Origin: an uncultured candidate division Zixibacteria bacterium
Lineage (GTDB): Bacteria; Zixibacteria; MSB-5A5; GN15; FEB-12
NCBI GenBank assembly: GCA_963806185.1
Contig: CAWDXE010000007.1
Span: forward strand, 416,001-480,000
DNA length: 64,000 nt
Reading direction: 5' to 3'
Shown piece by piece: positions 1 through 8,674 of this stretch. The notes below the pieces were generated by a model. That model ran no database searches, was not told the DNA's origin, and saw only the letters and a program-made list of their open reading frames with translations. Both the position numbers and the translations under genes were made by a program. Within the stretch, counting starts at the first letter, position 1. Every line of letters begins with the position of its first letter.

Positions 1-681
1 TTTACGGCCAACATGGAAAAGGAACTTGACCTGGTCGAAGACGGAACGGACGAGTGGGTGAAGGTCGTCAATGATTTTTACCAGCCGTTTATCAAGACGA
101 TCGAAAAGGTGAAGGGGAAAACCAAGGCGATCAAGAAGCAGTTGACCGAGGTCACCGATATCAAGTGCGAGAAGTGCGGCGAGCCGATGGTGATCAAGTG
201 GGGGCGCAACGGGCGTTTCCTGGCTTGCTCGGCGTTTCCCAACTGCAAGAGCACGAAGCCGCTTCCGGAAGAAGAGGCGAAGAGCAAGACCGACGAGGTG
301 TGCGAGAAGTGCGGATCGCCGATGGTGATCAAGTCGGGGCGGTTTGGGCGGTTTATGGCCTGTTCCGGGTATCCGGCGTGCAAGAACACCAAGCCGGTGA
401 CGCTGGGGGTGGCCTGTCCGAAGCCGGGGTGCGGCGGCAAGGTGCTGGAGAAGCAGACCAAGTCGCGCCGGCCGTTCTATGGGTGTACCAATTATCCGAA
501 GTGCGACTTTGCGTCGTGGGATAAGCCGGTCGCCAAGGTGTGTCCGATCTGTCAGAGTCCGTATATGCTGCAGAAGGTATCGAAGGCGAAGGGAGATTAC
601 CTGAAGTGCCCGTCGTGCAAGCATGAGATCGGGGAGCAGAGCGCGCCGACCGAGGAGGTCGTGGAGCCGACGAGTCATTGA
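1..681 (+). CDS. topA: DNA topoisomerase I, C-terminal part with Zn-ribbon repeats (5' truncated by window edge)
   Basis: Frame open from base 1 (FTANMEKELDLVEDG...W); repeated CxxCG-xMVIKxGRxGxFxACSxFPxC topoisomerase zinc ribbons; upstream of xerC-hslVU as in the common gene order. Confidence 0.95.
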   Translation, partial: FTANMEKELDLVEDGTDEWVKVVNDFYQPFIKTIEKVKGKTKAIKKQLTEVTDIKCEKCGEPMVIKWGRNGRFLACSAFPNCKSTKPLPEEEAKSKTDEVCEKCGSPMVIKSGRFGRFMACSGYPACKNTKPVTLGVACPKPGCGGKVLEKQTKSRRPFYGCTNYPKCDFASWDKPVAKVCPICQSPYMLQKVSKAKGDYLKCPSCKHEIGEQSAPTEEVVEPTSH

Positions 682-708
682 GTTGACATAGTACATAGTC
701 GGAAATAG

Positions 709-743
709 AGCCGCCGGTTGATTTGGATTGACCGGCGGTTTTG
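709..743 (+). terminator. Putative intrinsic terminator after topA
   Basis: GCCGCCGGT...ACCGGCGGT stem followed by TTT. Confidence 0.55.
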
Positions 744-783
744 ATTTGGGTAGCGTGGGGGGGGAAATTGGGGTCGATAGGCT

Positions 784-1224
784 ATGCGTATTTTCATAGT
801 TCTCGTTTTGCTCGTTGGATTGTCACTTGCCTGTTCGTCAACCGGTGAACGAACTTCAAAGGAGCTACAGAAGATCGACAAAGTAGTGATGCACTACTTC
901 TTCTCTTGGTCAGCAGAGACCTATAGGCGACAGATCTGCGATGACCTGCGAGGCAAGTCTGATTCGATAGTTATTCGCGACTCCACTTCGGTTGACCGAT
1001 TGGTCAAGGCCTTTGAAGGTGCCAGGCTTATTCCACGGACGGAATTCGATGGCATCGATGTCCGTATTTGCTGCCAGTATCGCAATTTGGCAGACAGCGT
1101 GATCCACGAGTTGTCATTCGAGTATCCGCCATTGATGGCGGTGGATGGCCGTGTGTACGAGAGGGAGCCGCAACTCTTTGAGCTTGTTGTATCGTTTCTC
1201 CCGACAGGGTATGTTAACAACTGA
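784..1224 (+). CDS. Hypothetical lipoprotein
   Basis: 146 aa ORF; hydrophobic signal ending in LSLAC lipobox; no family recognised. Confidence 0.7.
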   Translation: MRIFIVLVLLVGLSLACSSTGERTSKELQKIDKVVMHYFFSWSAETYRRQICDDLRGKSDSIVIRDSTSVDRLVKAFEGARLIPRTEFDGIDVRICCQYRNLADSVIHELSFEYPPLMAVDGRVYEREPQLFELVVSFLPTGYVNN

Positions 1225-1344
1225 TTCAGCCGGAGTTGGCTGCGACTTGCGAGAGTCGGTAAAGGCCGTGGGGAATGGGTGAAGGGTTTTGCCCTGTGGG
1301 AGTAAGATTGCCGTGCGAATTTGCGCAGGGAGTGAAGAATAGAG

Positions 1345-1387
1345 CGTCAGGATCGCCCGCTAAGAAGCGGGGATCCTGACCTACAAG
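1345..1387. repeat. REP-like palindrome; near-identical copy at ~62367-62409
   Basis: CGTCAGGATCGCCCGCTAAGAAGCGGGGATCCTGACCTACAAG; reads GTAG-hairpin on the minus strand. Confidence 0.8.
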
Positions 1388-1414
1388 AGACCGGACTGAC
1401 GAAGTGAGGGTTCA

Positions 1415-1918
1415 GTGGGTTGGGTCGGCAAAATATTCGGTGTTGTGCCCAAGGAGGAAAGAGACGGCATTCGTCTCAATCGCGAGCAACCCTTCTGGGA
1501 AGTCGACGGTACTAAGGATGCAGCAGCTGTCTTTCGAGCCCTTCATGATTTACTGCCTGAGGGCTCAATTCTGTATCTCGAGGACGGTTTCCCTGATAAA
1601 TCTATTCGAGCGTTCTTTGATCGTTACGCCATCCCGGAGCAGGCTCATGTCGCCTTGGGCACAATGTGGCGAAGTACTAACAGAATTCATGTGCCAGCTA
1701 CAAGGGAAACTCTGACCGAGCTAGCCACGTTGGCTGAGCATCATGCGGCGCCTGAACTAGCGATTCATTTTCATGTGTATAAGGACGGCAAAATGCTGCT
1801 GGAGTGGTACGACGGGTTCTTTACTGATCCGATGTATCTCGACAGCAGCCTCTCGGAGTCAGCGATCGCGACGTTTGCGAACGCGCTAGGGGTTCAGTAT
1901 CGACGGGTTGAATTGTAG
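1415..1918 (+). CDS. Hypothetical protein
   Basis: 167 aa ORF with GTG start after GAGGG and globular-looking composition; no family recognised. Confidence 0.65.
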   Translation: MGWVGKIFGVVPKEERDGIRLNREQPFWEVDGTKDAAAVFRALHDLLPEGSILYLEDGFPDKSIRAFFDRYAIPEQAHVALGTMWRSTNRIHVPATRETLTELATLAEHHAAPELAIHFHVYKDGKMLLEWYDGFFTDPMYLDSSLSESAIATFANALGVQYRRVEL

Positions 1919-2445
1919 CTCGGGTTATGAGCACTACAAGTGATTGATCTTTGCGCTCATAGCCCGAGCTACTCGAAAAAAGCAGAAAGATTGCCACGGC
2001 TCGAAGCGAGCCTCGCAATGACGGGAACGCGAGTTAGGTGAACATCGAGATGCTGAAGGCCGATAGGAATCGGCTTCAGCATGACAAGTAGAGTGACGAA
2101 GCGAGCCTCGCAATGACGAGAAGGACGAGGGCGAGTGTCTTGATGACGCGTTGTCGGAGAGTTTGACCCATGGATTCTGGCACCTGCGCTCTGGTGCGTT
2201 GCACCTTCGCTTCGGCGCCAGAATGACAATGTATGAGAGTGTTCTTGCTCCTTCTCGCTTCAGGGAGAGGGTTGGGGTGAGGGCCGGGAGACGAGAAGAC
2301 CGTCAGGTCACACGCCGCTAAGAAGCGTCGCAGGACCTGACGGAACATGGGTTGTCGGGTTTCTCCGCGAGCTGATGCTCGCTCCGGAACCCGACCTACA
2401 GAGCTGAAAGATTGCCACGGCTCGAAGCGAGCCTCGCAATGACGC
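1915..2445. repeat. Mosaic array of palindromic REP-like elements (cluster 1)
   Basis: GTAG...CTAC 18-bp inverted repeat (1915-1972); AAGATTGCCACGGCTCGAAGCGAGCCTCGCAATGAC twice (~1987, ~2408); GAGATGCTGAAG...TTCAGCATGAC; CGTCAGGTC...GACCTGACG and GTCGGGTTTC...GAACCCGACCTAC units recurring at ~6652 and ~58086. Confidence 0.85.
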
Positions 2446-2481
2446 AACGAGTGTTGACAATTTGAATCGTTGAGGAATAGC

Positions 2482-3396
2482 ATGCTTCGAAAGGCGTTGG
2501 CGGCGTACGAGAAGTATCTGGCGGAGAATCGGCGAAGAGGGGCGCGGACGATCGAGGCGTATCATCGCGATCTCGCGCCATTCGTCGCATTTCTCGAAAA
2601 ACAGTTCGCCGAACATCCGACCATGACACCCAATGATCCGTTAATCCTGCGAATGTACTTGCATCAGCGAGTGCAAGAGAAGGTGGGGAATCGGTCGCTG
2701 GCCAGATTCCTGTCGGCACTCTCGGGATTTCAGAAATATCTCGCCAATGACAAAGCGGCGCAGAAATATCTGTTCGAACTGCCCAAGATCAAGTTTTCGA
2801 AGCGACTGCCGTCGTTTCTGTCCCAGAAAGATGCGATGATGCTTCTCGATGACGCCAAGATGCAGCCGAGGCAGGATCGTTACGCGTTCTGGCGGGATTA
2901 CCTCATGGTGGCGCTCTTATATGTGACCGGCATCCGGCGCGAGGAGTTGGCCGGCATAAAGTTGTCGGACATCGATCTGGGGCGGGGATTGATCACGGTA
3001 ATCGGCAAGGGGAACAAAGAGCGGGTCGTGCCCGTTGGGGAGCAGACGGCGAGCGATATCAGCGAGTATCTGAAAGTGCGCAAGGATCATGTCGAAACGA
3101 CCGGGGCGAAAGCGAATGTGCTGTTGTTGAACCGTCGCGGCGGAGCGCTCACGGTGCGGTCGGTGGACCGGTTGGTAAAAAAGTTCGGGAAAGCGCAGGG
3201 GTTGAATTTTACACCGCACACACTTCGTCATACATTTGCGACACATCTGCTTGAGAATGGGGCGGATTTGTTATTGATTAAGGAAATCCTGGGACATGCG
3301 TCGCTCTCGACCACGCAGAAGTACACGCATGTAACCATAGAATCGATGAAAAAGGCGTATCAGACCGCGCATCCGCGGTCGGGCAGTAAAAAATGA
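2482..3396 (+). CDS. xerC: Tyrosine recombinase XerC/XerD family
   Basis: [47 protein letters not shown] catalytic motifs; overlaps the hslV start; ATG after GAGGA. Confidence 0.9.
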   Translation: MLRKALAAYEKYLAENRRRGARTIEAYHRDLAPFVAFLEKQFAEHPTMTPNDPLILRMYLHQRVQEKVGNRSLARFLSALSGFQKYLANDKAAQKYLFELPKIKFSKRLPSFLSQKDAMMLLDDAKMQPRQDRYAFWRDYLMVALLYVTGIRREELAGIKLSDIDLGRGLITVIGKGNKERVVPVGEQTASDISEYLKVRKDHVETTGAKANVLLLNRRGGALTVRSVDRLVKKFGKAQGLNFTPHTLRHTFATHLLENGADLLLIKEILGHASLSTTQKYTHVTIESMKKAYQTAHPRSGSKK

Positions 3397-3938
3397 ACGA
3401 TATGAAAATGCACGCGACGACGATTGTCGGGTTGATTCACAACGGGAAGGCGGCGATAGCAGGCGACGGTCAGATATCGCTGGGGGATACGATTGTGAAA
3501 TCCAAGGCGGTGAAAATCCGAACCCTTCGCAACGGCAAGGTGTTGACCGGGTTTGCCGGGACCGCAGCCGAAGCGCTGGCGCTGTTTGAGTTATTTGAGA
3601 AACGGCTCGACGAGTTCAATGGCAACCTGGCGCGGGCGTCGGTCGAAATGGCCAAGGAGTGGCGAACGGATCGAGGATTGCAGAAGCTCGAAGCGTTGAT
3701 CATTGTGACCGATGGAGAGAAGATTCTGCTGATCAGCGGGACTGGAGACGTGGTCGAGCCGGATGACGGGATAGTGGCGGTGGGGTCGGGGGGATCGTAT
3801 GCGCTGGCGGCGGCGCGGGCGCTCAAATTTGCCAATCCGAGATTGACGGCGGAGAAGATTGCGTCGAAGGCGCTGGAGATAGCGTCGGAAATCTGCGTCT
3901 ACACAAACAATAACATCACGGTGGAATCGATTAAATGA
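3393..3938 (+). CDS. hslV: ATP-dependent protease peptidase subunit HslV
   Basis: MHATTI N-terminal Thr nucleophile, AGDGQ, GSGG, EICVYTN. Confidence 0.97.
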   Translation: MNDMKMHATTIVGLIHNGKAAIAGDGQISLGDTIVKSKAVKIRTLRNGKVLTGFAGTAAEALALFELFEKRLDEFNGNLARASVEMAKEWRTDRGLQKLEALIIVTDGEKILLISGTGDVVEPDDGIVAVGSGGSYALAAARALKFANPRLTAEKIASKALEIASEICVYTNNNITVESIK

Positions 3939-5284
3939 ACACGAACGGGCACCTGACACCGAAGGAAATAGTCGAGCATCTGGACAAGCATATCATCGGG
4001 CAGGGCGATGCAAAGAAGGCGGTGGCGATAGCGTTGCGCAACCGGTGGCGGCGGCAGCAAGTGCCGGATGACCTTCGCAGTGAGATCATGCCGAACAATA
4101 TCATCATGATCGGTCCGACCGGAGTAGGGAAGACGGAAATCGCGCGGCGGCTGGCTGATCTGGCGGGGGCGCCGTTTCTGAAGGTGGAAGCCTCTAAATT
4201 CACCGAAGTCGGGTATGTGGGGCGGGATGTCGATTCGATGGTGCGCGACCTGGTGGATATCGGCGTGAACATGGTCAAAGAAGAGCAGGCGGAGATCCAC
4301 GAGAAGCGGGCGCAGCAGTTGGCGACTGAGCGGCTGATTGATCTGGTGTTCAAAACGAAACATGTGGAAGAGACAATCGGGTTTGGACTGACGGAAGGGA
4401 AGCCGACGAGCGAGGATCGGTCGGCGCTTCGCCAGATGGTCAAAGAGGGGAAACTGGACGACGAGATAGTCGAGATCGAGGCGCCGCAGACGCAATTCCC
4501 GGTACTGGAGATCTTTTCGCCGATGGGGATGGAAGAACTGGGCGTGAATTTCCAGGAAGTGTTTTCCGGGCTGATGCCGAAGAAGACGAAGAAGCGGAAG
4601 ATGACGGTGAAGGAGGCGCGCAAGTTCATCATCGGAGAAGAAATCACCAAGCTGGTCAACATGGATGAGGTAATTGGGGAGGCGCTGGAACGGGTGCAGG
4701 AAGTCGGGATCGTGTTTATCGACGAGATTGATAAGATCGTGGGCGACCACAGTAAAGTGGGTCCGGATGTGTCGCGCGAGGGGGTGCAGAGGGATATTCT
4801 TCCGATCATCGAGGGGTCGGGGGTGATGACCAAGTACGGAATGGTGTACACCGACCATGTGCTGTTTATCGCGGCGGGGGCGTTTCACAACGCGCGGCCG
4901 TCGGATCTGATTCCGGAACTTCAGGGGAGATTTCCGATCCGGGTGGAATTGAATTCACTGACGGCGGAGGATTTCGCAAGGATTCTGGTCGAGCCGAAGT
5001 CGGCACTGGTGAAGCAGTATATCGCGCTGATGGCGACGGAGGGGGTGACGATGGAGTTTACCCCGGAGGCAATCAATAGAATAGCCGCCCTCGCCGAGCA
5101 AGTGAACTCCGAGACGGAAAATATCGGGGCGCGGCGCTTGCATACGATTATGACGCGGCTGCTCGAGGAATACATGTTCGAGCCGCCGGTGAAAAAGAAG
5201 AAGTTGACGATCACGGCGGCGCTGGTGGATAAGCGGCTGCACGGGATCATCGAGAACGAAGATTTGAGTCGTTACATATTGTAG
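3935..5284 (+). CDS. hslU: ATP-dependent protease ATPase subunit HslU
   Basis: [50 protein letters not shown]-terminus. Confidence 0.98.
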   Translation: MNTNGHLTPKEIVEHLDKHIIGQGDAKKAVAIALRNRWRRQQVPDDLRSEIMPNNIIMIGPTGVGKTEIARRLADLAGAPFLKVEASKFTEVGYVGRDVDSMVRDLVDIGVNMVKEEQAEIHEKRAQQLATERLIDLVFKTKHVEETIGFGLTEGKPTSEDRSALRQMVKEGKLDDEIVEIEAPQTQFPVLEIFSPMGMEELGVNFQEVFSGLMPKKTKKRKMTVKEARKFIIGEEITKLVNMDEVIGEALERVQEVGIVFIDEIDKIVGDHSKVGPDVSREGVQRDILPIIEGSGVMTKYGMVYTDHVLFIAAGAFHNARPSDLIPELQGRFPIRVELNSLTAEDFARILVEPKSALVKQYIALMATEGVTMEFTPEAINRIAALAEQVNSETENIGARRLHTIMTRLLEEYMFEPPVKKKKLTITAALVDKRLHGIIENEDLSRYIL

Positions 5285-6072
5285 GTGATGGAATCGGCGC
5301 GAGTGAATGAAGTGCGGGAAGGTACTCGATCCGCGGGAAGTCCCCGATCCCAGGGACAAGCTCATGCATATCTTCACGATGCGACCGTAAGAATCACGAG
5401 TTCTATGATTTACGTGGCCCGGATTGATTTTAGAGATGGCGTATTTCTTGCGGATATACTAGCCGCTCGTGCATTTAATTTCCTCCGATTATGTCGTTGA
5501 CGGAGAAGGCCGGCGAGTTCATCACCCTGTTCACATTCATGATGAGTTTGAATCTGTCAGCCTCGATAGCGCATCAGTCACCGTGAGGGAGCGAGCCTCA
5601 GATGGACCCGGCGGGGTTCATATCATTCCGTACTGACAGGGGTCCCTGCTTGCGGCATCGGCTCGTTGTTCGGGAATAGCAGGGTTTATTACTGGATATT
5701 GTGCTTTGCTTGCCGAAGAACTTCAGAGCACTCATAAGTCGCGCTGAATCGAAGAATCAAAGGGGACTGGCAGAATCCCTCGTTGACACCGTAGCAGTAT
5801 GGAGTGTGGCATCTTCTCAATTGTGACTAGGTGGTCGGATATCGTCACCTGAGGGATGAGGATCGAATTTCGAGCGGTAATGCCCTTCGTCCAGTTACAC
5901 ATTGACAAGGAAAATCGACGACAGGCAGTCTTGCCGCCTGAGATCGCTTCTGGAAGAGGGCCGGGCGGTGGTCGTGATCGTGGTTTCCTGGGTTCATAAT
6001 CTGCAGTGCTTAGTGGTATCGGTTATCGGTATTTGGAAGATCATCAGTTGGTTTCGAGAGCACTGACAGGCT

Positions 6073-6156
6073 AAGAAGGTTGACGATCCGGCGGATGGTG
6101 GCAAGCGGCTGCACGGGATCACTGAAAACGAAGATTTGAGTCGTTACATATTGTAG
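6073..6156 (+). repeat. Degenerate second copy of the hslU 3' end (direct repeat of ~5198-5284)
   Basis: 6103-6156 matches 5231-5284 at 51/54 positions, last 30 nt identical including the TAG stop; similarity decays with indels further 5'. Confidence 0.9.
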
Positions 6157-6184
6157 TATCGCTCCGTTAGAGTGTGGCTGAATG

Positions 6185-6215
6185 ACCGTCGGGTTTTGTA
6201 CCCAGCGGTTTTTTT
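6185..6215 (+). terminator. Putative intrinsic terminator behind the duplicated hslU end
   Basis: ACCGTCGGGT-TTTGT-ACCCAGCGGT stem followed by a T-run. Confidence 0.6.
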
Positions 6216-6539
6216 ATTATCCGGCAGGACGGCCACGGTTCGCCTAGAACGTGGCCGTACCTGTCGGACCGAGCATTGGGCCGGCCCAGGAGGGACGGGT
6301 GGGGGGAGACAATTCAAGCGCTTGAAACAATGGTGTCTCTACAAAAGGGCCCCGATTCCGCATTTTGTAGCGAGTTGGTAGTACGCGTGTGCACGAGTCT
6401 GCAATGATCACATGAGTGGTGTTCAATGGGATGAGAAGAAAGTGTGCAAGGGAGTGGTGAAAATGGGGGGTGGAAAAGATGTTTGAAAACGGTGGGGTTG
6501 CGCAGGGGACGTGGGCCAGACATTGGAATTGCCTGGTCA

Positions 6540-7442
6540 GTCGCCTCTCGTCTGCGCTCGAGGCGGCGCTGCGCGCAGCGTGTTGGTGTTGAGCGGATTC
6601 TATGGGCCCTGACCCTGGCCTTCTCCCAGAAGGGAGAGGGGGAAGCAGAGAGCGTCAGGTCACACGCCGCTAAGTAGCGTGGCAGGACCTAACGGAACGG
6701 GAGCTGTCGGGTTTCTCCGCGAGCTGACGCTCGCTCCGGAACCCGACCTACGGTATTTGGTCAGTCGCCTCTCGTCTGTGCTCGAGGCGGCGATCATAGG
6801 AATGATCGCCGAAGAGAACTGAAAGATTGCCACGACCTCGCTCAGAAGCGAGGTCTCGCAATGACTGGCTTGTGAGTTCAGTGGACACTGAGACCCTGAA
6901 TCATAAGAATGATTCAGGATGACGAGGAGGGGAAGCGAGCCGCGCGATGACTCCCAATTCCCTTCAATCGCACTTCGACTGGCGCTCAGTGCGACGCTTT
7001 GCGATGGCGTAGGTGGGCACGGTGGACATTGAGATGCTGAAGCATGGGAATACTTCAGGATGACGATGGGGGGAGAGTGGCTCAGGATGACGATGGATGG
7101 GGGCGAGATTGGCAAAGAGTCGTTGATGACGATGACGTGCGCAGATGCAGTAATGGGCCCCCGCTCAAGGCGGGGGTGACATTGGGAAAAGGCGGGGGTG
7201 ACATTGGGAAAAGGCGGGGGTGACATTGTGGGGATGCGGGGGTGGCGTCTGAAGGGGAGAGGTGGCGATGGGAAATACGCTGGACCACGCCCCAGCATAA
7301 ATGCTGGGGTACGGTGTGTTACCCACTAACCGAAAGATTGCCACGACCTCGCTCAGAAGCGAGGACTCGCGATGACCGGATTGTGAGTTGAGTGGACCTT
7401 GAGATGCTGAAGCGCGCTAAGATGCGGCTTCAGCATGACAAT
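6540..7442. repeat. Mosaic array of palindromic REP-like elements (cluster 2), including three tandem AAGGCGGGGGTGACATT units
   Basis: GTCGCCTCTCGTCTG(C/T)GCTCGAGGCGGCG x2; AAGATTGCCACGACCTCGCTCAGAAGCGAGG...ATGAC x2 (~6823, ~7334); GAGA(C/T)..TGAA...TTCAG(G/C)ATGAC x3; tandem repeat ~7167-7227. Confidence 0.85.
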
Positions 7443-7502
7443 TCAAATGAGAAGCAACGGGGGGCTTGTGGGAAGTGGAAACGAGTGTATCTTGTCGGCT
7501 CT

Positions 7503-8378
7503 ATGGACGAACGAACAGACAAATTGAACCTGCACTCCCCGCCGAAGTTGTCCCGTGCAGTCCTCAATACGAGACATGAGAATCAGCCCCTGTTCTTCTC
7601 CCATTACGCGGGGAATCACTACTTTAATATGGCGTTTGATGAGTGGATGTACCGCGCGGTTTGCGATACGTCCGGCCTGCTGATTCTTCGGCTCTACACC
7701 TGGGAGGTCGGGACGATCACGTTTGGCTACAACCAGCGTGAGTCCACGGCCTACGATAATGCGCGCGTTGGAGATACGCCGGTGATTCGGCGGGTGACCG
7801 GCGGGCGGGCAGTGTATCATGATCTTTCGGAAATTACCTATTCAGTGGCAGTGAATACGTCGGACGAGCCGGGAAAGCGGGTGGGGAATACGGTGTCAAC
7901 GAGTTCGGCGGCAATTGCAACCGCACTCGCCCGGTTTTTGCAACGTGTTGGGCATCAAGCAGATTATGCACGGCGATCGTCGCCGGAAAACGCCCGGCCG
8001 GAATTTTTCCACAAAGCGCCCTGTTTTGCCTCGAGTGCGATGTACGAATTGCATTCCGAGGGGCGAAAAGTGGTGGCCTCAGCGCAGAAACGTCAGGGGG
8101 ACTGTCTCTTGCAGCATGGGGCGATCAAACTTTACGGTCTGGCGAGTCATCCGGCACTTGATGGGAGAGAAGAAGATACGTCGAAGCCGGGTTGGATAGA
8201 CCGAGTGTCGTTTGTCGAATTGGCGGCGATATTTCGGCAGGAAATGGGATTGGCGCTGGGGTTGGAGGTCGCAGAAAGTGCGCTCATGGGCGAGGAAAGG
8301 GCCTATATCGAAGAGCGGCGAGAGATGATCGTTCGTGGACCGCTTGAGCGACGAGAACTGATTAAACAAACGGCGTAA
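7503..8378 (+). CDS. Lipoate-protein ligase / octanoyltransferase (BPL-LplA-LipB family, LipM-like)
   Basis: NMAFDE, LRLYTW, RRVTGGRAVYH, KVVASAQ, LQHG motifs; start codon uncertain because the ORF-track extension runs into repeat DNA. Confidence 0.85.
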   Translation: MDERTDKLNLHSPPKLSRAVLNTRHENQPLFFSHYAGNHYFNMAFDEWMYRAVCDTSGLLILRLYTWEVGTITFGYNQRESTAYDNARVGDTPVIRRVTGGRAVYHDLSEITYSVAVNTSDEPGKRVGNTVSTSSAAIATALARFLQRVGHQADYARRSSPENARPEFFHKAPCFASSAMYELHSEGRKVVASAQKRQGDCLLQHGAIKLYGLASHPALDGREEDTSKPGWIDRVSFVELAAIFRQEMGLALGLEVAESALMGEERAYIEERREMIVRGPLERRELIKQTA

Positions 8379-8426
8379 TTCCATAGTCTTATGGGAGTGA
8401 GGGATGAAGATCTGGGAAAAATCCGC

Positions 8427-8456
8427 TTGACTTTGGCGGCGAATTGCGAGTACTTT
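8427..8456 (+). promoter_or_regulatory. Candidate sigma70 promoter of the TBDR operon
   Basis: TTGACT-N18-TACTTT. Confidence 0.4.
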
Positions 8457-8674
8457 CTGCGCTATGCGTCGGCGGGCGACCGGTGATAACCATCGGTGAA
8501 TGAAAGGGTTGAGCCCGCACGGAGTGAAAGAGGTTGGGAAAATTGATCAGGCTGGCCTCACAGCCATCTTTTTTCCGAGATTGCATACGGAACGAATACA
8601 ACGGGTATACGACTTACCTTGGCAATGCCTGCGAGAACCGGAGTGGCTTGCTTGTCAGTCGAGGAGGAAGAGGT

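Noticed and set aside
1821..2719. Short ORFs overlapping the repeat clusters (also 6172-7298, 57338-57915, 57953-58335, 62293-62941)
   Set aside because: They translate repeat DNA (HCEARFEPWQS, VILNHSYD, VIARLASS) in several frames and lack coding signals.
784..3396. Integron (tyrosine recombinase next to small orphan ORFs and palindromes)
   Set aside because: The recombinase has XerC length, lacks an evident IntI-specific insertion and sits in the conserved topA-xerC-hslVU order; the palindromes lack clear RYYYAAC...GTTRRRY attC ends.
5285..5500. 71-aa ORF directly after hslU as a real gene (e.g. codY/argB position)
   Set aside because: No recognisable motifs; it lies within the insert bounded by the hslU duplication.
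6540..7442. CRISPR array
   Set aside because: Units are heterogeneous palindromes without a constant repeat plus unique fixed-length spacers; no cas genes in the window.
7392..7502. N-terminal extensions given by the ORF track (also 8534, 17682, 36654, 43656, 50992, 53995)
   Set aside because: Downstream ATGs have better SD sequences, signal peptides or family N-termini; the extensions run through repeats or promoters.
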